Source: the human T2T-CHM13v2.0 reference genome, Homo sapiens. From it: a stretch of 64,000 bases of DNA. Of this stretch, positions 1-13,111 are shown in pieces. A program made the translations under genes and the position numbers. Where the stretch lies: assembly GCF_009914755.1 (NCBI RefSeq), contig NC_060928.1; one strand, given 5' to 3'. The notes under the pieces are model-generated. The model was not told the origin of the DNA. It made no database searches and worked only from the letters and a program-made list of their open reading frames with translations. The first letter of the stretch is position 1, and every line of letters starts with the position of its first letter.

Positions 1-537
1 ACCTTCCCTTCCTCCCATGCTTTAACTCCCCACCCCCAACCTTGTTGGGAGGACTTATAGAACGATATAAAGCACCCACAAGTGGGTCTGGCATGTCCAG
101 GCTTTCAGTAAATGCTGGTGCCCTTTTCCCTTCTTCTCTTTCCCTTTGCACAAAAAGTCTTCCTATTAGAGGTACTTAAGTCTTGGGACAATGATAGACC
201 CTTTAACAGGGTGGTGATGAGCAGAAATGAGCGAGGAGGAGAGTCTGCCCTCTCCGCCCTCTACCAGCCCCTCTTAGGGGCCTCCCTCTACCAGCCTACT
301 CATCAAATGCTGCACATTAATAACAATTAGCCACATGGCCGCTGCCATTTTTGTGCTTCTGCCACCAGCTTTTCCTGGTTCATGCATTATGTGTACACCT
401 CATGTGAAGGAACGAAGGAACAGAGAGGTTTTGAGATTTTTCTTGAGGCCACACAGCTTATAAGTAGTGGAGCCGATTCAAATTCAGGAGTTTCTGGCTC
501 TAGAGCTCACCCCTCTTTTCCACTTGTGCTGAACTCC

Positions 538-987
538 TATTAACCTCAATAGGGAAGGCACCAAGTTCAAGAGGCCGAAAAAGACATCTAGAGCCAGGAA
601 ATGAGACATGGGGCTTATTTGGGGCCTACATACAGAGGAGAGAGTCCAGTGGCGGCAGGCTGGACAATATAACCACATTGCCCAGTGGTAGCGGACTAGG
701 CAACTTGCAAACAGCATGCACTCTATACAGCATTTTCACTTACCCTCCCCTTAATAACCTCCACCTGGCAACCTTCATTTAACCCAAAACTCAGGTCTCA
801 ATCCCCTGTACAGCGCATCTTCCATTGGACAGGCCGGGTCTCAGATGTTTATCATAGATAAGGAAGGAATCTCTGAGGTGGTCACTCCTGGATTCCCTAG
901 CTCAGAACACACATTCAGGTGCATCTGTCATTCAGGGTCATTCTAAGGGCATACTTAAATTATTACCACCAGGTGCATTTACCCTGC
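538..987 (-). mobile_element. Solo LTR, LTR47A-like
   Basis: Reverse complement starts TGCAGGGTAAATGCACCTG...GAATGACCCTG...GAGCTAGGGAATCC, resembling recalled LTR47 consensus; minus-strand AATAA-like signal near 616-620. Confidence 0.6.
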
Positions 988-1292
988 ACCACTATGCAAA
1001 AGTGTCTTCCCAAAGACTCACCGACTTTTGGTCACCAGCAGCATTTGTCCCCAACACCTGTGGGTGCTCAAACCGTATCAGGAGAAGAAATACCCCCTCC
1101 TAGTTCAGGGGTGGCTCCACTTGAAAAATAACATTCTACAAAGTAAAAATTCCATTCCATGTACAGATAAATTGCACGGATAAATATCAAGCAAGAATCT
1201 ATTTGCTAACAGACCACGGAATGTTGTCCTTCGGGTGTTTAATGTTGTACTTGAATATGCTGTAAAAAACGCCATTTAAGAACGTGTAGATC

Positions 1293-1498
1293 AGCACTAT
1301 CCAATAGAACTTTCTGTAATGAGGAACATGTTCTATGTCCATACTGTACAATACAGTAGCCACTAGCCACATGTGGCTTTTGAGCACTTGAAGTATGGCT
1401 CATTAGTGTAACCAAGGAGCTGAAATTTTAATGTATTTAATTTTAAGTAATTTAGGTAGCCATATGTCGTTAGTATTTACCATTTTGACTGTGCAGCT
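1293..1498. mobile_element. MER3-like hAT MITE
   Basis: CAGCACTATCCAATAGAACTTTCTG...GTAGCCACTAGCCACATGTGGC, typical of MER3/MER33. Confidence 0.65.
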
Positions 1499-2312
1499 CC
1501 AGAATATTCAGAAAGATTGGTTGTAGGACACCACCCCAACTCCATTTTCATAGTGTTTTGCCTATAATCTCTATTATATCATTGCATCTAATTGCTTAGG
1601 TGCACCCACCCCACTAAATTATAAGCTTGATGTCTTATTCATCTGGGCTGTGATCCCTACTAGCATATGGTCTGGCCCGCAGCACTAGATGTTTAATAAT
1701 TAATGCAAGTTAAATAAATGGATGTGAACTGGCTCATTCAGAAGCCAGATTCCTACTGCTTGCTATCATCTAATTCACTCTTTCTCATGACTTTCTCTTA
1801 TGACTAGACTGGTCCCCAAATCTCCAGGTCAAGCCCAGTCTGCTCACCTGTAAGCACATTTTTCTTTTCTCAAACGAAATCGCTCTTTTAAGTGATTGTT
1901 TTGGTATTTGCCTCTTTCTCTCTAAATGCATACTTCTATTACTATTTCTTTGGTGGGTTTTTTTCCATAATAGGCATCATCTTCCACAGTGGAAGAAGCT
2001 ACCACCTCCAGCCCTACCATACATAAGGAATGCCACCATTCTCCACTGAACCCCCTGCCTTTAATTTGGGTTAGAGGAATTTTATAACTGTGTAAATACT
2101 TTTGAAAGCTAAACCAGGGAGTGGATTACCATTATATTTCCTTTTCTGTACAGTGTTTTTCTGCAGGTAGCAAAGGGCTTGTTTCTCATTTATTGAATGT
2201 TCTGTATACCTACCACTGATTCAACCTCAAATTATTTCCATGTTGTATAAATCTTTATCTTTGGGACACTTTAGTTATTCTGTTCATTTCATCTCTTGAA
2301 AGAAGGCTGCCT

Positions 2313-2609
<297 letters not shown>

Positions 2610-3588
2610 CTAGAGCCTTCTTAGCTTCTCCAATCTGAACAAGCTGTGCCCTCTCTTGTATACACTGGAGGCATTCTGGGATCTCCCATCACCATCATCC
2701 TTGGTAATACTTTTGCCTCTCTTCTGTGTTTAATGCCCTATTTTATCTATCCCTTGTCATTCCCTCTTGGTTTACTCCCTCACTTGTTTTTTACATCTTC
2801 TAGTAACTTCTGATAGCCTGAGAAAAGATATATGGATGATAAACGTTTTGAGACCTTTCATATCTGAAAATGTCTTTATCCTACCCTCTCACTTAATTGG
2901 TAGTTTGGCCAGATTTAGAATTATTTGTGTGTATATATGTTTAAGAAGTCCAAAATCATGCTGATGCCCAGCTCTTTGTATATCATTGAGTTTTTTTTGT
3001 TTTATGTTTCCCTGGGAGGCTACTGGATCTTTACTTTTATCCTACTTCTGAAATATCTCAGTGATGTATATTGATTTTGATTCTATTTTTAACCATTTCA
3101 CTGGGCAGTTGGTGAGTCCTTTCAATCCAGAAACTCATGTCCTTCAATTACGTAAAATTTTCTCAAATTATTTTGTGACGAATTCCTTCCCTTCTTTTGT
3201 TTATTCTCTCTTCCTGCAACTCCTATTATTTGGATACTGGATGTCCTGGATTGGTCTTCTAATTTTTTTTTTATCTTTTTTATTCAATTTTAAATGACTT
3301 TATCTCTTTTGCTAATTTATGTGAGATTTCTTCACCTTTTTCTTCTAGATTCTCTGTTGAAATAGTTATTTTTGCTCTTTTGTTTTAATTTCAAGGAGCT
3401 GTTTTTTTTGTTCTCTGATTAAAAAAAAACATAGCTTTCAGTTTGGGGGAACAAGTAACATGATGAGGATGTTATTGTCAGTGGCTTGGGGTTTGGGTTG
3501 GGGGTTGGTTTTTTGTTTGTTTGTTGTTTTGGATTTTCTTTTTTCTATTCTTTGTTTCCTCCAAGTGCTTTTTGTTGGTTGCTTGGTT

Positions 3589-3912
3589 CTTTTTTGTTTT
3601 TTTTTTTGTTTTTTGTTTTTTTGTTTTTTTTGAGATGGAGTTTTGCTCTTGTTGCGCAGGCTGGAGTGCAATGGTATGATCTTGGGGGCACAACCTCTGC
3701 CCCCCGGGTTCAAGTGATTCTCCTGCCTCAGCCTCCCAAGTAGCTGGAATTACAGGCATGTACCACCACACCTGGCTAATTTTTGTATTTTCAGTAGAGA
3801 TGGGGTTTCTCCATGTTGGTCTGGCTGGTCTCGAACTCCTGACCTCAAGTGATCCACGCACCTTGGCCTCCCCAAGTGCTGGGATTATAGGCCTGAGCCA
3901 CCGCGCCTGGCC
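3589..3912 (-). mobile_element. Alu (AluS)
   Basis: Reverse Alu with T-rich tail; flanking duplication GGTTGCTTGGTT. Confidence 0.95.
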
Positions 3913-4945
3913 AGGTTGCTTGGTTTTAATCTCTATCTTTATGGTAGAGACTTTTGTTGGTAGAAGGTAGCTGCCAGGCATTCTCACAGAAACAAGGAGG
4001 GGAGCAGGCTGCAGTCCCCAACATTTCCTGTGCATGTGTTCACTTAATCCCCCTGTTTTTGGTATGAAACCCCTGCCCTCCACTGTGTGTCCTCTACTGT
4101 TGTTTCCAGTCCAGAAACCCTGTTTCACCCTTTCCTGACACTCAACCTGCATTCTTTGGCTGAGACGGAAAGTAGAAACCACTCTAAGGAGTGCAGGAAG
4201 AGATTTGGTAACCTGACTTCTTAAAAACCTTCCAAACTATTCTTATTTTAGTCCTCCATAATTCACTCTTACTTTCCTTGGGACTTTAAGGATTCTACCA
4301 TCTAAATTGGGCTAATCCTTTGTTTTCCAGAGTGCTGATTTAAGAGGTCAGTGACTTTACTTTCTGTTTTTACCTCCTCTATTGCTCTCCCTTTGGGTTT
4401 CTGCCTTTGTTTCAATGGGAGGTAGTTGGACGTGTTTGTCCTGTCCATCACCTTTCTGTTGTCATCCCCCCATTCATTGTTTCAGCTCAGTAGGTTAACT
4501 GATAACTTCAGGATCTCTGAAACTCTGTATATTGTCCTCCTGCCAACTGTCTCATTTATGGAACCACTGTTCTTCCATTCTGTCAGCCTCCAAAAATAAT
4601 AATTCTAATAATTCCTTCTTTTATCATACAAATTCCTTCTTCCATGGAAATCTGGAACTTTTTCCCTTAAAATATAGTACATATTTACAGAAGTCCTACT
4701 TTGTATTTCTTTTTGAAGAAATAAAGATAATGAGACCTGATCCTTAGATTCAAGGAACTTCCATTGTAGTGGCTGGGAGAAAAACTGCAAACTAATAGAT
4801 GATGAGAAGGAGGATGGGGATGATGACGATAACAGTGATGAATCAAGCAACAGCCAACACTGTTGAAATTATACTTTGTACCGACTGTGCTCCATACCTT
4901 ACTGTGTTCTTTCACTTAATCCTAACTACTGTCTGAAAAAGGTAC

Positions 4946-5426
4946 TGAGGGAACAGAAAGACCCTCTCATATTGTTTTATATTGTTTTATACTCAGTACC
5001 TGTTTTAAGAAAAAAAACAAGGAAGTGAAATCAAAGACAGGCAGCCTGGCGCCAGGCCTAAAACCAGGACTGGGCCTGCCTGGCCTAAACCTGGTAGTTA
5101 AAAGTCAACTCATGACTTAGAACCCAATGTTACCCATAGATTTCAGGCATTGTATGGAAGAACATTGTGAAACTCCCTGCTCTGTTCTGTTTCACTCTGA
5201 CTACCAGTGCATGAAACACCTGTCACATGTCCCCTAGATTGCTCAATCAATCACGACCCTTTCACGTACAATCTTTAGTGTTGCAAGCCCTTAAAAGGGA
5301 TAGAAATTGTGCAGTCAGGGAGCTCGGATTTTAAGACAGTAGCTTGCTGATGCTCCCAGCTGAATAAAGCCCTTCCTTCTAAAACTTGGTGTCTGAGAGG
5401 TTTTGCCTGCGGCTCATCCTGCTACA
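4946..5426 (+). mobile_element. 5' LTR (LTR2B)
   Basis: TGAGGGAA...CCTGCTACA; AATAAA at 5363-5368; ~36 differences from the 3' LTR by eye (~7.5%). Confidence 0.92.
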
Positions 5427-5431
5427 TTTCT

Positions 5432-5449
5432 TGGTTCCCTGACCGGGAA
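5432..5449 (+). promoter_or_regulatory. Primer binding site, tRNA-Glu
   Basis: TGGTTCCCTGACCGGGAA, complementary to the 3' 18 nt of tRNA-Glu, just after the 5' LTR. Confidence 0.9.
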
Positions 5450-6186
5450 GCGAGGTGACTGACAGATGGCCGAGGCAGCCCCTTAGGTGGCCTAGGCCTG
5501 CCCTGTGGAGCATCCCTGCAGGGGACTCCAGCCAGCCTGAGTGACGCGATCCAAAGACCGCTCCCAGGTAGGCAATTGCCCCGGTGGAACGCCTCGCCAC
5601 AGCAGCACGTAGCAGGCCCCTGCAGTGGCTGAGCACCAGGAAGGAACTGGCATTTAGAGTCTGGACATCTGAAACTAGGTAAGACCAGTCTTTGGAACTT
5701 GCCCACTCCATTTGAGTGGAAGTGTGGCCTGATCACCCACGGCATGCCTTAGTCGGCACTTTGATGTTGATTTTGGGTTTGACTTGGTTTGAATTGCTTG
5801 ACAGGACTGGTCTTGGGAACTTGCCCACTCCATTTGAGTGGTAGTGTGGCCTGATCACCCATGGCGTGCCTTTATCGGCACTTTGGTTTTGGTTTTGACT
5901 TGGTTTAAATTCCTTGACAAGACTGGTCTTGGGAACTTGCCTTCTCCATTCGAGTGGAAGCATGGCCTGATCACCCACGGTGTGCCTCTACCGGCACTTT
6001 GGTTTTTGTTTTTGACTTGACTTAGATTGCTTGATACTTTGGTTTTGGTTTTGACCTGGCTTGGATTTCTGGATACTCTGATTTTGGTTTGGTGTGAACT
6101 GCAAAAGTGTGTGTGTGCCCTTTTTAACTGTTTTTTGTTTTGTGGTGTGCATGTGGTGTGAGTGTGGTATTTTGTCTCAAAGAAGC

Positions 6187-6440
6187 ATAGGTCAGGCACA
6201 AATAAGCCCACCCCACTAGGAACTATGTTGAAAAATTTCAAGAAAGGATTTAAGGGAGATTATAGTGTTACATGACACCAGAAAAACTTAGAACTTTGTG
6301 TGAAATAGACTGGCCAGCATTAGAGGTAGGTTGGCCACCAGAAGGAAGCCTGGACAGGTCCCTTGTTTCAAAGGTATGACCCAAGGTAACCTGTAAGCCA
6401 AGGCACCCAGACCAGTTTCCACACATAGACAATTACACCT
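6187..6440 (+). pseudogene. gag matrix remnant
   Basis: Translates in pieces to PLGTMLKNFKKG...LRTLCEIDWPALEVGWPPEGSLD (gammaretroviral MA motif); frameshifted, start codon lost. Confidence 0.75.
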
Positions 6441-8119
6441 GGTTTTAGACCCCCTTCCCCACCCAACAGTAGTTAAGAGAACAGCAGCATAAGTGGCTGG
6501 CAGAGGCAAGGAAAGACCAGCAGGGAGAAAAAGAGGCCATCTATACCAATTCTAAGTTAATTTAGACTAAACAAGGTCTTATTAATAGCAAAGGATAATT
6601 GAAATCCCAAACTTACAAGGTTTTCAACAGAAGTGAAGTTTGCTAAAATTTAACAGCGTAACATGTATTATGGTAACTTCTAATCTTGTGGCCTTACACA
6701 GTCTAGTCCAAAGACACAAAGAAAGTTCTCTTTAAAAAAAAAAAAAATGGTTATCTTCAAAAAAAAAAGGAAAAAAAAAGGGGGGGAGGCAGAATTTATA
6801 TCAAAAGAGTGTTATATGGTAAATTCTTGTCCTGAAATAAATTAACTGGTTGTTTAAAGAAAAAACTACTTGTAATAAGTCAGAAAGTTGAGACACGTTG
6901 AAAAATTGTCTGTGAAAGTCGTGAAAGAAAAAAAGTTATAAAAAAAAGTTATGCAAAAAATGTTGTATAATTTAAAAGTAATAAGGCCTCCTGAGTACTA
7001 CTGAAGAAACAGTTTATGTGCAAGGTGTATAAAGTAAAATATATCTTTGGTAAAAATATTATAAGGAGGCATAAGAATGTGGATTTTTACCTACATTAAA
7101 AGGTTAAAAAAAAGTTATTGTTTTAAAAGTTTAAGCAAGTTTTAAAATGTTAATTGTAAAGAAAATTCTGTGTATAAACATATTAGCTAAAGTTAAAAAG
7201 GTATCATCCAGTTTTTCTGTGAACTGGATATTAAAGGAAAAATGCAACAGGTTTTTCTTAAAGCATCAACCTGCTCTTTAACAAAAATTATAAAAGGTTA
7301 AAAAAAAAGAGTCTATAAAATCTTACCTTATGGTCAAACATGAAAAATTGGATAAATATGTCTACAAGGTTTTATTAAAATTAAGTTTAACATTAATAAC
7401 ACACTAATATAAAGGTAAAATTTAGTTTATCTGGTATAAAAATCATACAAGAAACATTATTAAACATAAAATGGTGTTTAGCTTTCTTTGGTCTAAAAAC
7501 TAATAAAAATAGGTGCTAAAAGAAACATTCATTTTACTAGAGGATCATAAAAGTTAAAGACTTAAAACAAACTTTGGCAATTAAAACAGCATACCAAGAT
7601 GCAAATGTCTGGTTGAAATGGATCAAATATTCCATCTGCATGTTAAACAAAAGCAATTGTGATGCTTGTGCACATGGCAGAGGCCCTGTTTATCTCCCTT
7701 CCACTAAGGTGGTCCTCCAGTCGACCAGGCATGGGCTGCATGGTAGCTCTTTTCCAGGATTCTACAGCCTGGAGTAATAAGTCATGCCAAGCTCTCTCTG
7801 CTATATCCCGGAGTCCCTGCAGGTCAGCCCCCGAGGGCCATCCAGCCTCCATGCCCCAACACTAAGTTCACTTCGTGTCTCTCACCACAGGGAGGAAACT
7901 TAGCATTCCTTGGAGACCTGAAGTGATGCGATGAGCTTAAGAATTTTCAAGAGCTTATCAATTAGTCAGCCCTTGTTCATCCCCAAGCGGATGCGTGGTA
8001 GTATTGTGGTGGACCTTTACTGGGCACTCTGCCAAATAACTGGAGTGGAACTTATACTTTAGTCCAATTGCCTATCCCTTTCACCCTGGCATTTCATCAA
8101 CCAGAAGAAAAAAAAAATG

Positions 8120-8600
8120 GCATTTGGAGTTTTAACCCAGACTGTAGGGCCCTGGCCAAGGCCAGTGGCCTATCTCTCAAAAACAACTAGCTGGGGTTTC
8201 CAAAGGCTGACCCCCATGTCTAAGGTCCCTGGCAGCAACGGCCCTGTTAGCACAAGAAGCAGATAAGCTAACTCTTAGGCAAAACCTAAACATAAAGTCC
8301 CCCCATGCTGTGGTGACTTTAATAAATACCAAAGGACATCATTAGCTAATAAATGCTAGACTAACTAGATACCAAAGCTTGCTCTGTGAAAATCCCCGCA
8401 TAACCATTGAAGTTTGCAACACCCTAACCCCGCCACCTTACTCCTGGTATCAGAGAGCCCAGATAAACATAACTGTTTAGAGGTGTTGGACTCAGTTTAT
8501 TCTAGTAGGCCCAACCTCCGAGACTACCCTTAAACATCAGTAGACTGGGGGCTGTACATGGATGGGAGCAGCTTCGCCAACCCCTGCAAAGTGACTCTGA
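8120..8600 (+). pseudogene. pol remnant (RT thumb/tether to RNase H start)
   Basis: GVLTQTVGPWPRPVAYLSK...PPCLRSLAATALLAQEADKLT motif; disrupted by stops and frameshifts. Confidence 0.75.
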
Positions 8601-8662
8601 AGAAGACAGCAAGCCCTGCTCCAGTCACACCCAGAAGCTGACTGGTCCACACAGGCCGAAGC

Positions 8663-10719
8663 ATGAGGAAACTCATCGTGGGACTTATTTTCCTTAAAAT
8701 TTAGACTTGTACAGTAAGGACTTCAACTGACCTTCCTCAGACTGAGGGCTGTTCCTAGTATATACATCAAGTCACTGAGGTAGGACAAAAGATTGCTACA
8801 GTCCTATTGTTTTACAGTTATTGTGAATGCCTAGGAACTCCAAAAGGAACCTGTTTGTATAATAACACTCAGTACCAAGTATGTAATCCAGGAAGTGACC
8901 AGCCCGATGTGTGCTATGACCCCTCTGAACCTCCCATGATCACAGTCTTTGAAGTAAGACTAAGGACTGGTCCTTTTCCTGGTGACACAAGTAAAGTAAT
9001 AGCTAGAACAGAAGAAAGAGGGGTCCCCAAACATGTAACCTTAAAATTTGATGCTTGTGCTTCTATTAATAGTAATCAGCAAGGAATGGGGTGCAGTTCT
9101 CTAGACTGGAAAAAAAAGTTACACAGTAAAAAAAAAAATTAAGTATATCTGTCAAGAATCATATTTATGTGAGATGTGTCAATACTGGTCTTGTGTCATT
9201 TGGACTTACTTGGAAACAGGATTAAAAAGGTCCTGTTTGGCTCCAGAAAGGAAAAGCAGCCCCACTGTGGGAGCTGCAGCCCTTTAGAACTGGTAATCAC
9301 AAACCCCTCAGACCCAAAATGAAATAAAGGAAAATATGTATCATTGAGCATTGATGGAAAAGGACTAGATCCTAGTGTAAACATCTTAATAAAAGGAGAG
9401 GTTCAAAGACGCTCTCCAGAACCCGTATTTCAGACTTTCTATGATGAACTAAATGTGCCAGTACCTGAGATTCCAGGAAAGACTAAAAATTTGTTTTTGC
9501 AATTAGCCGAGCATGTAGCCCAGTCTCTAAAAGTCACTTCGTGTTATGTTTGTGGAGGAACTATAACAGGAGATCAATGGCCATGGGAATCCCGAGAATT
9601 AATTCCTACAGACCCAGTTCCTGATGAATTACCGGCCCAAAAGAACCACCCTGACAATTTTTAGGTTCTAAAGGCCTCAATTATTGGACAATATTGCATA
9701 GCTAGAAAAAGAAAAAATTCACTCATTCTGCAGGATGATTTAGTTGCCTAGGACAAAAACTGTAATAATAGTACCATAAAAAAAAACAGTTACATGATAG
9801 AGTTCCAGTTACATAGACAGAGATCCATTCAGTAAATTTCCAAGGTTGCAGACTGTCTGGGCCCACCCAGAAGTCCACTGGGACTGGACTGCCCCCAGTG
9901 GGTTATACTGGATATGTGGACATAGAGCCTATGCTAAGCTGCCTGATCAGTGGACAGGTAGCTGTGTAATTGACACCATTAAACCATCTTTCTTTTTACT
10001 GCCCGTAAAAGCAGGCAAATTCCTGGGTTTCCCTGTCTATGCTTCCCACAAAAAAACGAAGCGTAGCCATAGGTAATTAAAAAGATGATAAATGGCCCCC
10101 TAAAAAAATTATACAATACTATAGGCCTGCCAGCTAGACACAAGATGGCTCATGGGGATACTGGACCCCCAATTACATGCTCAACAGAATCATATGGTTG
10201 CAAGCTGTTTTAGAAATCATCACTAATAAAACCAGTCAAACCTTGACTATTCTGGCCCGGCAAAAAAACCCTCAGATAAGAAATGCTATCTATCAAAATA
10301 GATTGGCTCTCGACTACTTGCTAGCAGCTGAAAGAGAGGTCTATAAGAAATTTAACCTTACTAATTACTGTCTACACATAGATAATCAAAGGCAAGTACT
10401 CAAAGACATAGTTAGAAATATGACAAAACTGGCACATGTGCCCGTAAAAGTGTAGCACAGATTCAACCCTGAAGCCATGTTTAGAAGGTGGTTCCCAGCA
10501 CTAGAAAAATTTAAAACTCTTATAATAGGAGTTATAATAGTAATAGAAACCTGCTTACTGCTCCCTTGTTTACTACCTGTACTTCTTCAAATGATAAAAA
10601 GCTTCATCGCTACCTTAGTTCACCAAAATGCTTCAGCACAAGTGTACTATATAAATCACTATCAATCTATTGCACAAAAAGACATAAGTAGCAAAAATAA
10701 GAGTGAGAACTCCCACTAA
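8663..10719 (+). pseudogene. env pseudogene (gamma-type SU/TM)
   Basis: ORF fragments carry CxxC (SCYVCG), furin-like [22 protein letters not shown], a degenerate CX6CC and a TM helix; many stops and frameshifts. Confidence 0.9.
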
Positions 10720-10748
10720 TAAAAAGTGAGAGTCTCAAAGGGGGGAAA

Positions 10749-11229
10749 TGAGGGAAGAGAGAAACCCTCTCATATTGTTTTATATTGTTTTATACTCAGT
10801 ACCTGTCTTAAGAAAAACAACAAGGAAGTGAAATCAAAGACAGGCAGCCCGGGGCCAGGCCCAAAACCAGACCTGGGCCTGCCTGGCCTAAACCTAGTAG
10901 TTAAAAATCAACTCATGACTTAGAAGCCAATGTTACCCATAGATTTCAGGCATTGTATGGAAGAACATTGTGAAACTGCCTGCTGTGTTGTGTTTCACTC
11001 TGACTACCAGTGCATGAAACCCCTATCATGTATCCCCTAGATTGCTCAATCAATCACGACCCTTTCATGTAAAATCTTTAGTGTTGTGAGCCCTTAAAAG
11101 GGACAGAAATTGTGCACTTGGGGAGCTCAGATTTTAAGACAGTAGCTTGCCGATGCTCCCAGCTGAATAAAACCCTTCCTTCTACAACTCAGTGTCTGAG
11201 AGGTTTTGCCTGTGGCTCATCCTGCTACA
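10749..11229 (+). mobile_element. 3' LTR (LTR2B)
   Basis: Preceded by PPT AAAGGGGGGAAA (10737-10748); direct repeat of 4946-5426; AATAAA at 11166-11171. Confidence 0.92.
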
Positions 11230-12289
11230 GTACTATTATCATTGTCATTTTATGCATAAGGAAGGAGCTAGTGAGGCTATGTAACTCTTGTACAATACTA
11301 TGTGTAATAAACATATAAACCAATGTGCTAAGAGAAACCAGGGGCAGTAGAAATTAACTCAAAAATCCAAGAAGTCTTGAAATAAAATCACTTCCAAATT
11401 TGCTCCTTCCTCTGGATTCCCTTTGATGCCACCACACGCCAGGCTTTTTTTTATCTCATCATTAAATTGAAAGGGTAAACTCTTAGCAAGTCTTTCTGTA
11501 CCCAACCCTTTTCATTTTCTCTGCTTACCACTGGTAGGTCATGCTTTGTAATATATTGCTTCCATCTTGTCATTCACCACTTCAGAACCTAATTTGTTTG
11601 CCTATCATGCCATATTTGGTCTTCTGGACCTACTTTCAGTAACCTGGCCATATAGGCCATATCCATCTTGTAACCCCAAAATCCAACATGGGTCTCTCCA
11701 TTGTCTTTCACACAAGTCCTGTTCTTTTCTACCTTTTTGCTTTTTCTAAAACTGTCCTCTCCGCCTAATTAATTTCTACCTATCTCTCATGGCCTCATTT
11801 TTCCATAAAGCCTTTCCTGGCAGCTTCGTTGCAGTGGGATTACATTTTCTCCCAAACTCCCATAACGCTTAGTGCTGACTGGCTGTACCAGGCATCAGGT
11901 CTTCCCCATGTACAAGCAATAGCTTGCCCAACAAATGAGTTATTTATACTTGTATCCCTGTATAGAAACACATATTTTCCAGGCACCAGCAGTATACCAA
12001 AAAATATTTATTTTTGAAAAGATTTATCACTTCAAAAAGTCATTCTGGGAAAAATTATAACTTCTTTGATGCATCTTATTTCATGGTTATTGTTATTTTG
12101 ACACCTGATCTTTATAGTTCTTGGAGCTGATAAACTTCTTACTTTACCCCTGGATGTTGTTAGTTTCATCTTAGAAGGACTTCTTTGTATAACTGTGCAC
12201 AACGTAGACACTTGTTTGATATAGGGTATTGTTTGTAAAATTTTTGCATAATATATTGCTGAAATAAACTATAATATGGGATTAATGCC

Positions 12290-12470
12290 ACATTTCATTA
12301 AATATTAGATGCCATTGATTGTAACATGTACCATTATCTTACGTAACACAAAGATAGAAAATAATGCTGCCAATGTAACCATGATGTGCCAATGATTGCT
12401 AGATACATTCCAATTCCAGGTATGTTAAAAGGTAAATGAATACACGTACATCTTAGAATCGATAAAATGT
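12290..12470. mobile_element. MER104-like DNA transposon relic
   Basis: GATGCCATTGATTGTAA...CATCTTAGAATCGATAAAAT motifs. Confidence 0.45.
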
Positions 12471-12736
12471 GAGCGTTGTTGTGTTATAATATTATGCATT
12501 GGTATTAGGCATCTTTAAATTGCCAATGATATTTTTAAGTCAAATTTTTTAAAACATGCAAGGTACCACCTATATGCAAGTCACTGTGCCAAGGGACACA
12601 ATGTGCAGATAAACACTGATGAAACCATGGCTTTCTCTACTGAGGGTTTATAGTCTGATAGAGGGAACATTGTATAAATGAATTATGTACTATAATCCAA
12701 GACGGAAAGTGATCAGAGCTATCCACCTTGATACAG

Positions 12737-13086
12737 TGATATAGTTTGGCTGTGTCCCCACCCAAATCTCATCTTGAATTGTAGCTACCATAATCCCCAC
12801 GTGTTGTGGGAGGTAATTGAATCATGGGGGTGGGTTTTTCCCGTGGTATTCTCATGATACTGAATAAATCTCATGAGATCTGATGGTTTTATAAAGGGCA
12901 GTTCCCCTGCACACGCTGCCCTGCCTCCTGACATGTAAGATGTGCCTTTGCATCTGCTTCACCATCCGCCATGATTGTGAGGCCTCCCCAGCCACGTGGA
13001 ACTGTGAGTCCATTAAACCTCTTTTTCTTTATAAATTACCCAGTCTCAGGAATTTCTTCATAGCAGTATGAAAATGGACTAATACA
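12737..13086 (+). mobile_element. THE1 (MaLR) solo LTR
   Basis: TGATATAGTTTGGCTGTGTCCCCACCCAAATCTC...GGACTAATACA, the THE1B/C termini. Confidence 0.9.
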
Positions 13087-13111
13087 AAGAGCTTAAAGAT
13101 CCTTTAGAAAT

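Larger units (their letters stand above)
4946..11229 (+). mobile_element. Defective endogenous provirus, LTR2B / Harlequin (HERV-E group)
   Basis: Two 481-bp LTRs (TG...CA), 4-bp TSD GTAC (4942-4945, 11230-11233), tRNA-Glu PBS, PPT, and gag, pol and env remnants; inserted into a MIR-like sequence. Confidence 0.92.

Noticed and set aside
3478-4182. 234-aa ORF and other ORFs containing [12 protein letters not shown] or [12 protein letters not shown] (e.g. 46676-47386, 57753-58196)
   Set aside because: Alu-derived translations without splice or coding evidence
5432-5449. tRNA gene
   Set aside because: Only the 18-nt retroviral PBS complementary to tRNA-Glu; no cloverleaf
8663-10719. Domesticated (syncytin-like) env
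   Set aside because: Broken into several short ORFs by stops and frameshifts; two cysteines of the CX6CC motif are mutated
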